DNA of 64,000 bases, taken from an uncultured Candidatus Saccharibacteria bacterium. Lineage in GTDB: Bacteria; Patescibacteriota; Saccharimonadia; Saccharimonadales; UBA10212. The notes below the pieces were generated by a model. The model saw only the letters and a list, made by a program, of their open reading frames with translations, was not told where the DNA came from and did not search any database. Position 1 is the first letter of the stretch. Every line of letters begins with the position of its first letter. Position numbers and translations under genes: made by a program. The stretch is from the NCBI GenBank assembly GCA_964448095.1, contig CAYUUT010000001.1, positions 105,829-169,828 on the forward strand, given 5' to 3'. Of this stretch, positions 9,152-18,964 are shown piece after piece.

Positions 9152-11650
9152 TTACTCAGCCGCGGCTGAATAGGTAAGTTCCGGTTCTTTGCTCTTAGCC
9201 GACTTTTTAGCGCTGACATTAACGATGTCGCCTTTATGGTAACTATCATCTAACAGGCCGGCGGCAATGGCGTCTTCTAGAGTCTCTTGCAGCAACCGGC
9301 GCATTGGCCGGGCGCCATTGTGAGCATCATAGCCCTCTTCTAGCAGATATTCTTTGGCGGCTTTGTTTACCTGCAGGCCAATGCCCTTTTTGACTAAGCG
9401 GGAGCGTAGATCTTCCAGCTGAATGTCCAAAATCTTCAGAGCGTCTTTTTTGGTCAAAGCGCGGAAGACAATAACTTTGTCAATACGGTTGAGCAGTTCC
9501 GGCCGCAACATTTTCTTTAGGTCGTCGCGAACCTTGTTTTGATTGGACTCATGCAGCTCATCAAGATTATTCATATCCTGCATGGTGGCCGCGCCGAAGC
9601 CGAAGCTGGCCTCTTTTTGCAGCTTTTCGGCACCGATGTTACTGGTCATAATTACGATAGTATTGGTGAAGTCAATTTTGCGGCCCTTAGCGTCGGATAA
9701 AACACCGTCCTCCAAAATTTGCAGCAACATATTAAATACATCCGGGTGGGCTTTTTCAATTTCGTCAAACAGCACCACACTGTACGGTTGGCGGCGGATT
9801 TTGTCGGTCAGTTGGCCGCCATCGTCATAGCCGACATAGCCTGCCGGGGCTCCGACTAACCTGGCTACTGTGTGATGCTCGCCAAACTCGCTCATATCAA
9901 TCTTGATTAAGGCGTCGTCCGAGCCAAAAAATTCACGAGCCAGAACCCTGGCCAACTCAGTCTTGCCTACTCCGGTAGGACCGAGGAAAACAAACGAACC
10001 AATGGGCCGTTTTTCGCTGGAAATACCCGAACGGCTGCGGCGCACGGCCTTGGCGACCGTCGTCACGGCCTCCTCCTGGCCAATCACATATTTGCCCAGG
10101 TTCTTTTCCAGATTTACTAAATAGGTAGCTTCGGAGCGAATGACTTTAGTAACCGGAATGCCGGTCATACGGGCGACGGTTTCAGCCACGTCGTCAGACG
10201 TGATAGTTATTGGTTTGCCGGTTTTGTGTTTGGTCTCCAGCTCCTTGATTTTGTCGGTTATTTGGCTGGCTTGCTGCTTTTCGCGGGCGGCTTTTTCGTA
10301 GTCTTCCGTGTCTACGGCATCTTCAATCCGGGTATTGATAAGTTTGAGTTGCTTTTGCAGCTGGCGCAGCTGGGGCGGAGTTTTACCCTTGTTTACGCGC
10401 AGATAGGCCGAGGTTTCGTCCAGCAAATCAATCGCTTTGTCCGGCATATAACGGTCGTTGATGTAGCGCCGGGCAAACTGTACGGTATCGGCCAGGACTT
10501 CATCGCTGACCTTTACACCATGGAATTCCTCGTAATGTTGGCGCAGGCCCTTTAAGATTGCCAGAGTTTCGGCGACATTAGTCTCCGGCACCTGTACCGG
10601 TTGGAAACGGCGCTCCAGCGCGGCATCTTTTTCTACGTAGCGCGTGTATTCGTCGGTGGTGGTGGCGCCAATCATGCGGATTCTGCCGCGGGCCAGCGAT
10701 GGCTTTAAGATATTGCCGGCGTCCATGCTGCCTTCAGCCGAACCGGCTCCCACAATTAGATGCAGCTCGTCGATAAAGATGATGGTGTTTTTGTCCTGCT
10801 CCAGCTCGGCGATGACTTTTTTCAAGCGGTCTTCAAATTCACCGCGGTATTTAGTACCGGCAATCATGCCGGCCAGGTCCAAAGTAATAATTCGCTTATC
10901 CAGCAAGCTATCGGGCACTTCTTCGCTAATAATTCGCTGCGCAATGCCTTCCACGATAGCGGTTTTACCAACGCCCGGCTCGCCAATCAGTACCGGGTTA
11001 TTTTTGGTACGGCGATTCAGGATAGTGATGACCCGCTTTATTTGAGCTTCGCGGCCAACTACCGGATCCAGCTTACCGTTTTTAGCCATCTCGGTTAAAT
11101 CAGTGCCGAAAAACTCCAGGGCGGATTTGCTGCGCGCGCCTTTACCGCGTCCACGTGTACCATTAGCCCGGTCAGTATCTTCGCTTTGTTGGCGACTCAA
11201 GAATTGTTCCACCTCGTTGCTAAGCCCATCAATATCCACACTCATGTCGCGCAGCAAAGTGGTAGCCCGGGCGTTCTTTTGGCTCAGAATACTATATAAA
11301 ATGTGCTCGGTGCCACAGTAGTCCTGGTTAAACTCCTGGGCGATTTCCCAAGCCATTTTCAGGGTAAGTTTGGCGGTTTCGGATAAACCTTTACCGCCAA
11401 TGTTGATAACTAAGGTCTTGGGCGTGAGATTTAACGCCAGACGCGCCCGGTCCAGAGTGATACCTGCGCCCTCTAAGATTTTGGCCCCCATTGATTCGTT
11501 CTGGGCCAAAACTCCCAGCAGCAGATGCTCGGTACCAATATAAGCACTGCCACTGGCCCTCGCGATTGCATCGGCGTGCTTTAAGCTCTGCAACGCGTTG
11601 TTGGTCAGGTGATTCAAAAACTCTTGAAAATCAGGACTATTTGGAATCAT
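9152..11650 (-). CDS. clpC: ATP-dependent Clp protease ATP-binding subunit ClpC-type (double AAA+)
   Basis: Clp_N repeats. Two Walker A boxes, [13 protein letters not shown] and [14 protein letters not shown] short middle domain (ClpC-like rather than ClpB-like). The track start at 11671 is GTG; the ATG at 11650 gives [11 protein letters not shown]. Confidence 0.85.
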   Translation of the reverse strand: MIPNSPDFQEFLNHLTNNALQSLKHADAIARASGSAYIGTEHLLLGVLAQNESMGAKILEGAGITLDRARLALNLTPKTLVINIGGKGLSETAKLTLKMAWEIAQEFNQDYCGTEHILYSILSQKNARATTLLRDMSVDIDGLSNEVEQFLSRQQSEDTDRANGTRGRGKGARSKSALEFFGTDLTEMAKNGKLDPVVGREAQIKRVITILNRRTKNNPVLIGEPGVGKTAIVEGIAQRIISEEVPDSLLDKRIITLDLAGMIAGTKYRGEFEDRLKKVIAELEQDKNTIIFIDELHLIVGAGSAEGSMDAGNILKPSLARGRIRMIGATTTDEYTRYVEKDAALERRFQPVQVPETNVAETLAILKGLRQHYEEFHGVKVSDEVLADTVQFARRYINDRYMPDKAIDLLDETSAYLRVNKGKTPPQLRQLQKQLKLINTRIEDAVDTEDYEKAAREKQQASQITDKIKELETKHKTGKPITITSDDVAETVARMTGIPVTKVIRSEATYLVNLEKNLGKYVIGQEEAVTTVAKAVRRSRSGISSEKRPIGSFVFLGPTGVGKTELARVLAREFFGSDDALIKIDMSEFGEHHTVARLVGAPAGYVGYDDGGQLTDKIRRQPYSVVLFDEIEKAHPDVFNMLLQILEDGVLSDAKGRKIDFTNTIVIMTSNIGAEKLQKEASFGFGAATMQDMNNLDELHESNQNKVRDDLKKMLRPELLNRIDKVIVFRALTKKDALKILDIQLEDLRSRLVKKGIGLQVNKAAKEYLLEEGYDAHNGARPMRRLLQETLEDAIAAGLLDDSYHKGDIVNVSAKKSAKSKEPELTYSAAAE

Positions 11651-11709
11651 ATTACGCAACCAGTATAGCACGCGTTAGCACTCTCATGTCAAGAGTGCCA
11701 ATTTCTCTT

Positions 11710-12090
11710 TTAAAAGCTTGTGAAGCTCTGGTTGAAGTTAATTAGTAAAAGTACAAAAAGCCATGGTATTACGCTCAAACAATATGTTAAGGAATGCACG
11801 ACTATATTTGGGTTTTTAAGCCTCCGGGCTGTTGTCAATGATACGATAAGAAGAATAACGTTAACCAAAAAAAATACCCAAAAGGCAACTACGAGGAGAG
11901 ATTGTAACGTTCCATCTTTCTTGTTTAAAATACTCAATATTAGAATAAAGACTTCAACGAACAAAAAACTCAGTCCGAAGAAACGAACTATTTTAAAAAG
12001 TTTTACTTTTTCTTCGAAATATTGAGGTGGCTGATTAGCCTGGTTGTCAGGGGCCAGGGCCGGCTCATTTGGACTAACAAATGGCTCCAT
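11710..12090 (-). CDS. Small 4-TM membrane protein encoded in a markedly AT-rich segment
   Basis: Hydrophobic helices FFGLSFLFVEVFILILSIL, LLVVAFWVFFLVNVILLIVSL and VIPWLFVLLLINF. The local GC of roughly 35% contrasts with ~50% in the flanks. The track start is GTG; the ATG lies 2 codons in. Confidence 0.45.
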   Translation of the reverse strand: MEPFVSPNEPALAPDNQANQPPQYFEEKVKLFKIVRFFGLSFLFVEVFILILSILNKKDGTLQSLLVVAFWVFFLVNVILLIVSLTTARRLKNPNIVVHSLTYCLSVIPWLFVLLLINFNQSFTSF

Positions 12091-12119
12091 TAGCACATTG
12101 TAGCATGAGGATTATATTG

Positions 12120-13313
12120 CTATTGCGACTGTCCGTGTTCTTCGATAGCCTTTAGCAGTGAATCTTCCAGCTCAGATTTTTTCTTTAACTTTTGCACAAC
12201 GGGCTTTGATTCAACTTCAACTTTAGAGGCTGGTTCATCGACAGCTGTTGTGTCGGCTTTTTCCTTTGGAGCCGCGTTGTCGGCATCAACGTCCAGCTCG
12301 TAGCCGGCAAGTTTGCCTGCCAGACGGACGTTTTGGCCGGATTTACCGATAGCAATACTCAGCTGGTCTTCGGCAACCACAACTTTGGCCTTGCCGCTAT
12401 CTTTGTTAATTTCCACGCGCTCGACGTTGGCCGGCTTCATGGCGTTAGCAATGAAAGTTTGCGGGTCTTCATCCCAAACTACGATGTCAATCATCTCTTG
12501 GCTGCCAATCTCATCACGGACAGCGTTAATTCGGGTACCGTGACCGCCCACAAAGGTGCCGACCGGATCTACGCCTTGCACATTGCTCTTAACGGCAATC
12601 TTGCTGCGCACGCCGGCTTCTCGGGCGATAGCCTTGATTTCTACGGCGTCGTTATCCATCTCCGGTACTTCCGAACGGAACAATTGTTCTACAAATTCTT
12701 TGGCGCCACGGCTGACAATCAGCTGCGGCCCGCGGAAGTTTTTCTCGACGTCTTTTAGGAAAAATTTCAGCCGTTGCCCCGGGTAGTAACGTTCGTTTTG
12801 GATTTGCTCGCTGGCGGGCATTAAACCTTGCCCCCGACCGAGCTCTACGCGCACCACCCGGCCTTCCACGCGGCTAACTACGCCGTTAACGACAGTGCCG
12901 ATTTTATCTTCGAACTCGGCCATAACAATCTCGCGTTCGGCTTCACGCAAACGCTGCAAAATAACCTGCTTAGCGGTTTGGGCGGCAACGCGGCCAAAAT
13001 CTTCGACTTTTTGCTCGATTTCAACGGTCTCGCCAACTTTGGCGTTTTTGCGCATTACTTTGGCGGCGGCTAGGCTGATTTGCGCCCGGTCGTCCTCAAC
13101 TTCTTCAACGATTTCTTTGGTGACAAAAGCTGTTACTTCACCGGTGTTCAGGTTCATAGTCACGCGCACTTCTTGCTCGCGGTCGCCGTAATCACGGCGC
13201 CAAGCGGCAGCCAGGGCCTGCTGGACAATGTCCTGAACTTGCTCTTCGGGCAGGTTTTTCTCTTCGGCAATCACCCTGATGGCGCCTGCCAGTTGTTTAA
13301 AATCCATTTCCAT
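12120..13313 (-). CDS. nusA: Transcription termination/antitermination factor NusA with an acidic C-terminal tail
   Basis: N-terminal NusA domain, S1 and two KH domains. A good Shine-Dalgarno site (GAAGGAG) upstream of the ATG. No rimP upstream. Confidence 0.9.
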   Translation of the reverse strand: MEMDFKQLAGAIRVIAEEKNLPEEQVQDIVQQALAAAWRRDYGDREQEVRVTMNLNTGEVTAFVTKEIVEEVEDDRAQISLAAAKVMRKNAKVGETVEIEQKVEDFGRVAAQTAKQVILQRLREAEREIVMAEFEDKIGTVVNGVVSRVEGRVVRVELGRGQGLMPASEQIQNERYYPGQRLKFFLKDVEKNFRGPQLIVSRGAKEFVEQLFRSEVPEMDNDAVEIKAIAREAGVRSKIAVKSNVQGVDPVGTFVGGHGTRINAVRDEIGSQEMIDIVVWDEDPQTFIANAMKPANVERVEINKDSGKAKVVVAEDQLSIAIGKSGQNVRLAGKLAGYELDVDADNAAPKEKADTTAVDEPASKVEVESKPVVQKLKKKSELEDSLLKAIEEHGQSQ

Positions 13314-13462
13314 ACTTTTCTCCTTCTCTAAATTGTGGTCTTTCTATGAAAAAATCCGACCTTTCGCGGCCGGACAACTGATAATCATTATAGCAACTTA
13401 TCAAAGAAATTAAAAGTTCTTTATGGAATTATAATAAAATTTTAACTATACTATTGCAAATA

Positions 13463-14158
13463 ATGACAGGTGCAGATAGAAGATTTGGTGAGCACGAAGG
13501 TCCGGCGGCGAGGTTTGTCTACGAAAAAAGCCATCGTTTTTTTAATAAGCTTGGCTCATTTGCGTTTGGCCTTTCCGCTGGAGGAGTGGAGAATATTCCC
13601 GAAGAAGGCGGCGCGATTTTAGCCCTGAATCATCTGCACTTTAGCGATGTCCTATGGGTCCCCGCGGTCGTACCAGACAGAGCAGTTGTCGTAATTGGGA
13701 GACGCGAAAAGGTATACATGCCCGTAATTGGAGCATATCTACGCTGGATGGGGGCCAAGGCTATAGACCGCCCTAAAGAAGGCGAACGGGCTTCACGGGA
13801 CGTAATACCAACGATGGTTGAGCCACTTGAGGCCGGCAGGCTTGAAGTCATTTATGGCTCGCCGAACACCCGCACACCAGGTATCAAACCCGGTTTTCCC
13901 ACCAGAGGTATTTTTGAGGCCGCCGAGCGTGCCCAGGTTCCCATTGTCCCCGGGGTGGTGGTCGGCTCGGACCGATTAGGTTCATTCCGAGGCGCTGAGG
14001 TCACGGTCAAGTTCGCCCCGGCAATGCCCTATCCGCAGCACCGACGGGAGCATCGAGAGATGCAATACCATCTGTGGGGAACGCAAACGGAATTATTTGA
14101 AAGTGTTCCATCAGTTGATGGCCATTATGCGGATGCGCCCAACCCTGAATCTCGCTAA
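13463..14158 (+). CDS. plsC: 1-acyl-sn-glycerol-3-phosphate acyltransferase-like (PlsC family)
   Basis: Acyltransferase HX4D motif (NHLHFSD). The track start is TTG at 13454; the ATG at 13463 gives MTGADRR. Confidence 0.7.
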   Translation: MTGADRRFGEHEGPAARFVYEKSHRFFNKLGSFAFGLSAGGVENIPEEGGAILALNHLHFSDVLWVPAVVPDRAVVVIGRREKVYMPVIGAYLRWMGAKAIDRPKEGERASRDVIPTMVEPLEAGRLEVIYGSPNTRTPGIKPGFPTRGIFEAAERAQVPIVPGVVVGSDRLGSFRGAEVTVKFAPAMPYPQHRREHREMQYHLWGTQTELFESVPSVDGHYADAPNPESR

Positions 14159-14182
14159 GCTCGTTCATCGCTTCCCGAATGT

Positions 14183-14527
14183 TTATAGCTCGATAATTTC
14201 TTCGATAATGTAGTTCAGGCCGTCAGTGGTTACGCTGGCGGCTAATAGGCTGTAGTCGCCATCCCAATTATTATGCTGAGTCCAGATTCTGGCTGCAAAG
14301 TGCAGTTTATTCAGTTTTTGCGGCGTGATATAGGCCAGGCCGTCGCCTTGGCCGGCTTGGGCGCGATATTTTACCTCCACAAAATAAATTACCTTATCTT
14401 TCCGGGCGATGACGTCAATTTCGCAGACTTTGGTCTTCCAGTTTTGGGCGAGGATGTCGTAGCCGTCGCGGAGCAACTGCTCCGCGACGGCGCTCTCCGC
14501 CTGTTTTCCTCTAATAGTCGTCTTCAT
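14183..14527 (-). CDS. yraN: YraN/UPF0102 family endonuclease-like protein
   Basis: 114 aa. AEQLLRDGYDILAQNW...EIDVIARKDKVIYFVEVKYR matches YraN. Overlaps rnhB by 4 nt (ATGA). Confidence 0.8.
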   Translation of the reverse strand: MKTTIRGKQAESAVAEQLLRDGYDILAQNWKTKVCEIDVIARKDKVIYFVEVKYRAQAGQGDGLAYITPQKLNKLHFAARIWTQHNNWDGDYSLLAASVTTDGLNYIIEEIIEL

Positions 14528-15081
14528 GATAATAATTGGATTGGCTTGAAACTGAGGCGGTGGATGCCTTCCAAAACACCGTTTTGCTCAATAGCCAGTT
14601 TGTGCGCTGCAGTGCCATAGCCCACATGCTTATCAAAACCGTAGGCCGGATGGGTATCTTTGAGCTTACTCATATAGGCGTCCCGCCGCACTTTAGCACA
14701 AATACTGGCAGCAGACACAAGCGGAACCATGGCGTCGGCATCTATTAAACATTTAGCATTAGTGAAGTGCTTTGGTAAGTAGTTGGCGTTGCCATCCAAG
14801 ACAATTTCTTCGTCGTCCCGGGCCTCCAACTCGGTTAGAGCTTTTTCTACGCCCAACCTCATGGCGCCTGCCAAACCCAGTTCGTCAATTTCTGTGGCGC
14901 TGACCCAGCCCTCACCGAACTCGCAAGAATTACTTAACTTGTTAAGTAATTTTTCACGCTGGGTCTTGCTTAATAACTTGGAGTCTTTGAGCCCGTCTGG
15001 CAATTTATCTTTCTCTCTGGCCGCGACTACCAGCAGCGGGCCAGCCCAGCATCCCCTCCCCACTTCATCTATACCAACCAT
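14524..15081 (-). CDS. rnhB: Ribonuclease HII
   Basis: MVGIDEVGRGCWAGPLLVVAA (DEVGRG motif) and a catalytic DxD...HK pattern. Confidence 0.9.
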   Translation of the reverse strand: MVGIDEVGRGCWAGPLLVVAAREKDKLPDGLKDSKLLSKTQREKLLNKLSNSCEFGEGWVSATEIDELGLAGAMRLGVEKALTELEARDDEEIVLDGNANYLPKHFTNAKCLIDADAMVPLVSAASICAKVRRDAYMSKLKDTHPAYGFDKHVGYGTAAHKLAIEQNGVLEGIHRLSFKPIQLLS

Positions 15082-15118
15082 ATGCTATAGATTATAGCTC
15101 AGGTCTAAATTTTAATAA

Positions 15119-15709
15119 TTACTCGGGTTTGCTTTGCGGTTCGGCTGCACCCTTGGCTTCGGCGCGCTCAACGGGTTGTTCTTCTAGCTTTTCGGCATCG
15201 GACTTGAGGGCTTCGGCATTGGCAGCTTCAGCTTCAGCCTTTTCTTCGGCTTTTTCGGCCTTAGCGGCCTCTGGGTCATAATTAGCCTCGGCATCGGCAT
15301 GTATTTTTGCCTCCTCGGCTTCAGCCTTTTCATCACGAACAGCGTTCACGGCTTCTTTATCAAACTCAACGCCAGTTAGACGGGTACTCTTGCCGGTTAG
15401 TTCGCGCATGTAAGTTAGGTAGTTGCGGCGGACATTTGTACGCTTGGTAACTTCCACTTTAAGAATGCCGGGTGAATGCAAAAGGAAGGTTTTTTCTACG
15501 CCCACGCCGCTGGCTACACGCCGGACAGCTATAGTGCTGGAAAGGCTACCGGTGCGGGAAACCCGGATAACCAGGCCTTCAAAAACCTGTACGCGCTCTT
15601 TACCGCCTTCGCGGATTTTTTGGTGTACGCGAACAGTATCACCGCTGCGCACGTCAACAATCTGCGATTTTTTATACTTGGCTTCAATTTTCCGGGCTGT
15701 ACTCTCCAT
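15119..15709 (-). CDS. rplS: 50S ribosomal protein L19 with an ~80-aa Ala/Glu/Lys-rich C-terminal extension
   Basis: The N-terminal 115 aa match L19 (GDTVRVHQKIREGGKERVQVFEGLVI). The C-terminal AEAEEAKIHADAEANYDPEAAKAEKAEEKAEAEAANAEALK is a low-complexity tail. Confidence 0.9.
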   Translation of the reverse strand: MESTARKIEAKYKKSQIVDVRSGDTVRVHQKIREGGKERVQVFEGLVIRVSRTGSLSSTIAVRRVASGVGVEKTFLLHSPGILKVEVTKRTNVRRNYLTYMRELTGKSTRLTGVEFDKEAVNAVRDEKAEAEEAKIHADAEANYDPEAAKAEKAEEKAEAEAANAEALKSDAEKLEEQPVERAEAKGAAEPQSKPE

Positions 15710-15754
15710 AAGACCTGTCTATATTACTCTATAACCCCTTAAAATACAACCCCT

Positions 15755-17359
15755 TTAGCCCACGACTCGATAAACTTCTTCCAGCGTAGTTTGGCCAGCA
15801 ATTACTTTCAGAATACCGTCCTGCAACATGGTGCGCATACCTTCTTGGGTGGCTTTGGCTTCGAGTTCTTCGGTAGTGATTTGATTGGGTGGTTTACGCA
15901 ATATTTCTTGTACGCCGGGGGTCATGACCAACTGCTCGCGCAGGGCGATTTGACCGGTATAGCCAAAGGGATTAGCTGAAGACGGAGTAGCCTTATATAA
16001 AGTCAGGCTATCTAGGTCTGGCCTTTGCAGGTGCGGCGGAAAAGTCTCGATAATTTCGCGCAACTGATTCTTGAGATTCTCGTCCGGTTGGTAGGACTGC
16101 TTGCTGCTCTCATCCAGCCGGCGCACTAGCCGTTGAGCCATAATCAGGTGCATGGCGCTAGCAAAAAGCGGGTTGATGCCGACCATGTCCAGCATGCGAG
16201 TCAGGGCGGCAGCGGCGCTGCTGGCGTGAAACGTACTGAGCACCAGGTGGCCGGTTAGCGCTCCCTGCAGCGCCGTTTTAGCAGTATCTTGGTCGCGGAT
16301 TTCGCCGACCATCACTACGTCCGGATCCAGGCGCAGCACGGCCCGCAGCTTGTCGGCGAAATCGTGGCCCTCCAGCTGGCCGGTTACCGGTATCTGCACA
16401 ACCCCAGGCATGTTGTACTCTACCGGATCTTCCAAGGTAATAATTTTTCGCTCCGGAGTATTTAGAGTATTAATAATCGAATAAAGCGTGGTGGTCTTAC
16501 CGGAGCCGGTCGGTCCGACGACTAAGACCAGGCCAGTCGGATGCTTGATGACATCCTGGACGACATCGGCTTCCTGTTGGCTCAAACCCAAGTTTTCTAA
16601 CTTGAAAAGCTCCAGCTTTAAATTAAACAGACGCATCACTACGTCCATGCCATAAACCGTCGGTACGGTTTCCACGCGTAAGTTAATCGCGATATCTTCG
16701 CCGGTAGCCAGTTTGTAATTGTGGCTGATGTGGCCGGTTTGGGCTTCTGTCGCATCAGTAGATACATCCGCCGAACTGGCTAGAGCAGCAATCAAATGCC
16801 GGTAACGGTCTTTGTCCATGGTGGCCACCGGGTGCAGTACGCCGTCTACCCTAAACCTTACGCGAACATTTTCACGCTGGTTTTCCAGGTGAATGTCGCT
16901 GGCTTTTAGCTCGTAGGCCTGCTGCACTAAATATGCCAGCATGTCATCGGGGCGTACTTGTTCGAGAGTAGCACTAACGTCGGTAACCATTTTTTCGGCG
17001 TCGGCTCCCTTGCCGGCAAACGATATGTCCTTATACTCAACCTGCTTGGGCGGATCATAAAGCTTCATGTATTCGTTGTAGCCGGTTTCGGAAATAACCG
17101 AAAAAGCCACCCGTTGATCAGTAAAGCGCTCCCGTAATTTAGTAATTGTCTGCTGGGGAGTAGTCGTAGTAATACCGAAATGGATATTATGGGCATCGGC
17201 GACCAAAGGTATAACATGCAGGCTATAGAGTTCGGCCACCGGCAGGACATCTTTAAATAGCTGCTTTTGCAGCTGGCTGCTATCCATGTAGTCCATGCCC
17301 AGAACACCTGCTCGGTGTTGGGTAATTGACTCCTCTTGTTGGCGGGCCTCTTGGGGCAT
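15755..17359 (-). CDS. pilB: Type IV pilus assembly / type II secretion ATPase (PilB/GspE family)
   Basis: Walker A VVGPTGSGKTTTLYS. GspE signature regions. An N-terminal GspII_E-like domain. Confidence 0.85.
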   Translation of the reverse strand: MPQEARQQEESITQHRAGVLGMDYMDSSQLQKQLFKDVLPVAELYSLHVIPLVADAHNIHFGITTTTPQQTITKLRERFTDQRVAFSVISETGYNEYMKLYDPPKQVEYKDISFAGKGADAEKMVTDVSATLEQVRPDDMLAYLVQQAYELKASDIHLENQRENVRVRFRVDGVLHPVATMDKDRYRHLIAALASSADVSTDATEAQTGHISHNYKLATGEDIAINLRVETVPTVYGMDVVMRLFNLKLELFKLENLGLSQQEADVVQDVIKHPTGLVLVVGPTGSGKTTTLYSIINTLNTPERKIITLEDPVEYNMPGVVQIPVTGQLEGHDFADKLRAVLRLDPDVVMVGEIRDQDTAKTALQGALTGHLVLSTFHASSAAAALTRMLDMVGINPLFASAMHLIMAQRLVRRLDESSKQSYQPDENLKNQLREIIETFPPHLQRPDLDSLTLYKATPSSANPFGYTGQIALREQLVMTPGVQEILRKPPNQITTEELEAKATQEGMRTMLQDGILKVIAGQTTLEEVYRVVG

Positions 17360-17425
17360 AACTTCTTAATATTATAGAGCATAAGCACTTACGGCGCGAG
17401 CGCTTAATCAGTTATAGTAGCCTTA

Positions 17426-17929
17426 GTGAATAAGTCTAAAATCGTTCTTGTCGTTCATAACATCCGCTCGGCGCTAAACGTTGGCAGCCTCCTGAGAACT
17501 GCCGACGGCTTGGGGGTTGAGATGGTTTATCTGACTGGTTATAGCCCCTACCCGGAAGCCCGCGGCGATGTCCGTTTGCCACACGTCCGGCTGCGAGCCA
17601 CCAAACAAATCCGCAAAACCGCGCTGGGCGCTGAAGAGACCGTAAAATGGGCACATTACCCTGGTGTTTCGGACTTAATCGACAGGCTTAAGGAAAACAA
17701 TTTTACTGTTGTCGCCTTGGAGCAAACTAAAAGTTCGCAAAAATTGCCGGACTTCAAACTTAAAGGGAACAGCGCTCTAATTGTCGGCAACGAAGTTGAT
17801 GGTCTGGACGAGGAAACCTTGAGTTTGGTAGATAGCCAGGTTGAGATCCCAATGCTCGGCCAAAAAGAGTCGTTTAACGTCGCCGTAGCCGCGGCAATAG
17901 CCCTTTATCATTTGCGATTCACAACCTAG
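17426..17929 (+). CDS. SpoU/TrmH-family RNA 2'-O-methyltransferase
   Basis: VVHNIRSALNVGSLLRTADGLGV and a C-terminal SpoU motif LIVGNEVDGL...SFNVAVAAAIALY. GTG start. Confidence 0.75.
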   Translation: MNKSKIVLVVHNIRSALNVGSLLRTADGLGVEMVYLTGYSPYPEARGDVRLPHVRLRATKQIRKTALGAEETVKWAHYPGVSDLIDRLKENNFTVVALEQTKSSQKLPDFKLKGNSALIVGNEVDGLDEETLSLVDSQVEIPMLGQKESFNVAVAAAIALYHLRFTT

Positions 17930-17977
17930 CTTGAATCTGGACAAAATGCTTATGTGAGTTTACAATAGGCGCTGTAA

Positions 17978-18964
17978 ATGACCGCTAAAATAAAAAGTGT
18001 CGGGTCGCATGGCCGAGAACGATTCAAACATAAACCCCGAGGGCTCAGTGATCGGGCCTTTGCTAAAGTTTACTGGCCGTATATTCCGGTAGTATTAATT
18101 GCCGGGGCTATCCTGACTTTTAGCGCCCAGGCTGGCGCGCTGCAGGCTGCCATGAGCAAACACCATGGCCGAGTCCTGGATTACGCCACCAGCATGAGCA
18201 TCAATAATCTGCTGGCCGACACTAACTCCGCCCGAGCCGCCAACGGCGTTGGGTCATTGAGTATTAATAATCAGTTGGACGCCGCGGCTCAGGCTCAAGC
18301 CAACGATATGGCAGCCCGTAACTACTGGAGCCACTATACGCCCCAGGGTCAACCGCCATGGATCTGGGTCGATGCTCAAAATTATTCTTACCAGGCGCTG
18401 GGTCAAAACCTGGCCGCCGGCTTTAATAACGAACAGGCCACGGTTGACGGCTGGCTAGCCAGCCCCGAGCACCGCACCAACATGCTAAACCCTGTCTATA
18501 CCGATGTTGGTTTCGCCTCAGCCAGCAATCCCAACTACACATCCGCGGGCGGCGGTCCAATGACCATAGTGGTAGCCTTTTACGGCGAACCAACGCCTTC
18601 GTACGCAGCATCGCAATCTATCCCTATTACGCCGGCAGCATCGACCCCAGCCTCAACCACTCCTTCCACCAGTTCAACTCCTACATCTAGCCCGAGTGAT
18701 TCCGGTATAACTTTGGCTTACCGCACTAGCCGAGCCCAATTGGCCTTTGCCCACCTGCCGGAAGCCACTTTTGCTACCAGTTTAGTAATAATCGCCGGGA
18801 TTGTTGCCATAGGTCTATGGGTTAGTCGGCATGTATTTGCCTTTAGGCGAGCGTGGGTTCACGGCGAAGAATTCGTGGTTCGTCACCCGTTAATCGACGT
18901 TGGGCTGCTGACTATAGCGGCGGCCTCATTCCTGCTGAGCCAAACTGCCGGCTTTATCCAGTAG
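17978..18964 (+). CDS. CAP/SCP/PR-1 domain protein with an N-terminal TM, an S/T/P-rich linker and two C-terminal TM helices
   Basis: CAP domain motifs (NDMAARNYWSHYTP, GQNLAAG, WLASPEHRTNMLNPVYTDVG). A PST-rich stretch. C-terminal hydrophobic helices. Confidence 0.65.
   Translation: MTAKIKSVGSHGRERFKHKPRGLSDRAFAKVYWPYIPVVLIAGAILTFSAQAGALQAAMSKHHGRVLDYATSMSINNLLADTNSARAANGVGSLSINNQLDAAAQAQANDMAARNYWSHYTPQGQPPWIWVDAQNYSYQALGQNLAAGFNNEQATVDGWLASPEHRTNMLNPVYTDVGFASASNPNYTSAGGGPMTIVVAFYGEPTPSYAASQSIPITPAASTPASTTPSTSSTPTSSPSDSGITLAYRTSRAQLAFAHLPEATFATSLVIIAGIVAIGLWVSRHVFAFRRAWVHGEEFVVRHPLIDVGLLTIAAASFLLSQTAGFIQ

Noticed and set aside
11720-12025. 101-aa K-rich plus-strand ORF in the AT-rich segment
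   Set aside because: It is low-complexity Lys/Thr/Ser-rich, which is expected from reading A-rich DNA. The minus-strand ORF has four well-formed TM helices and is the better gene model.
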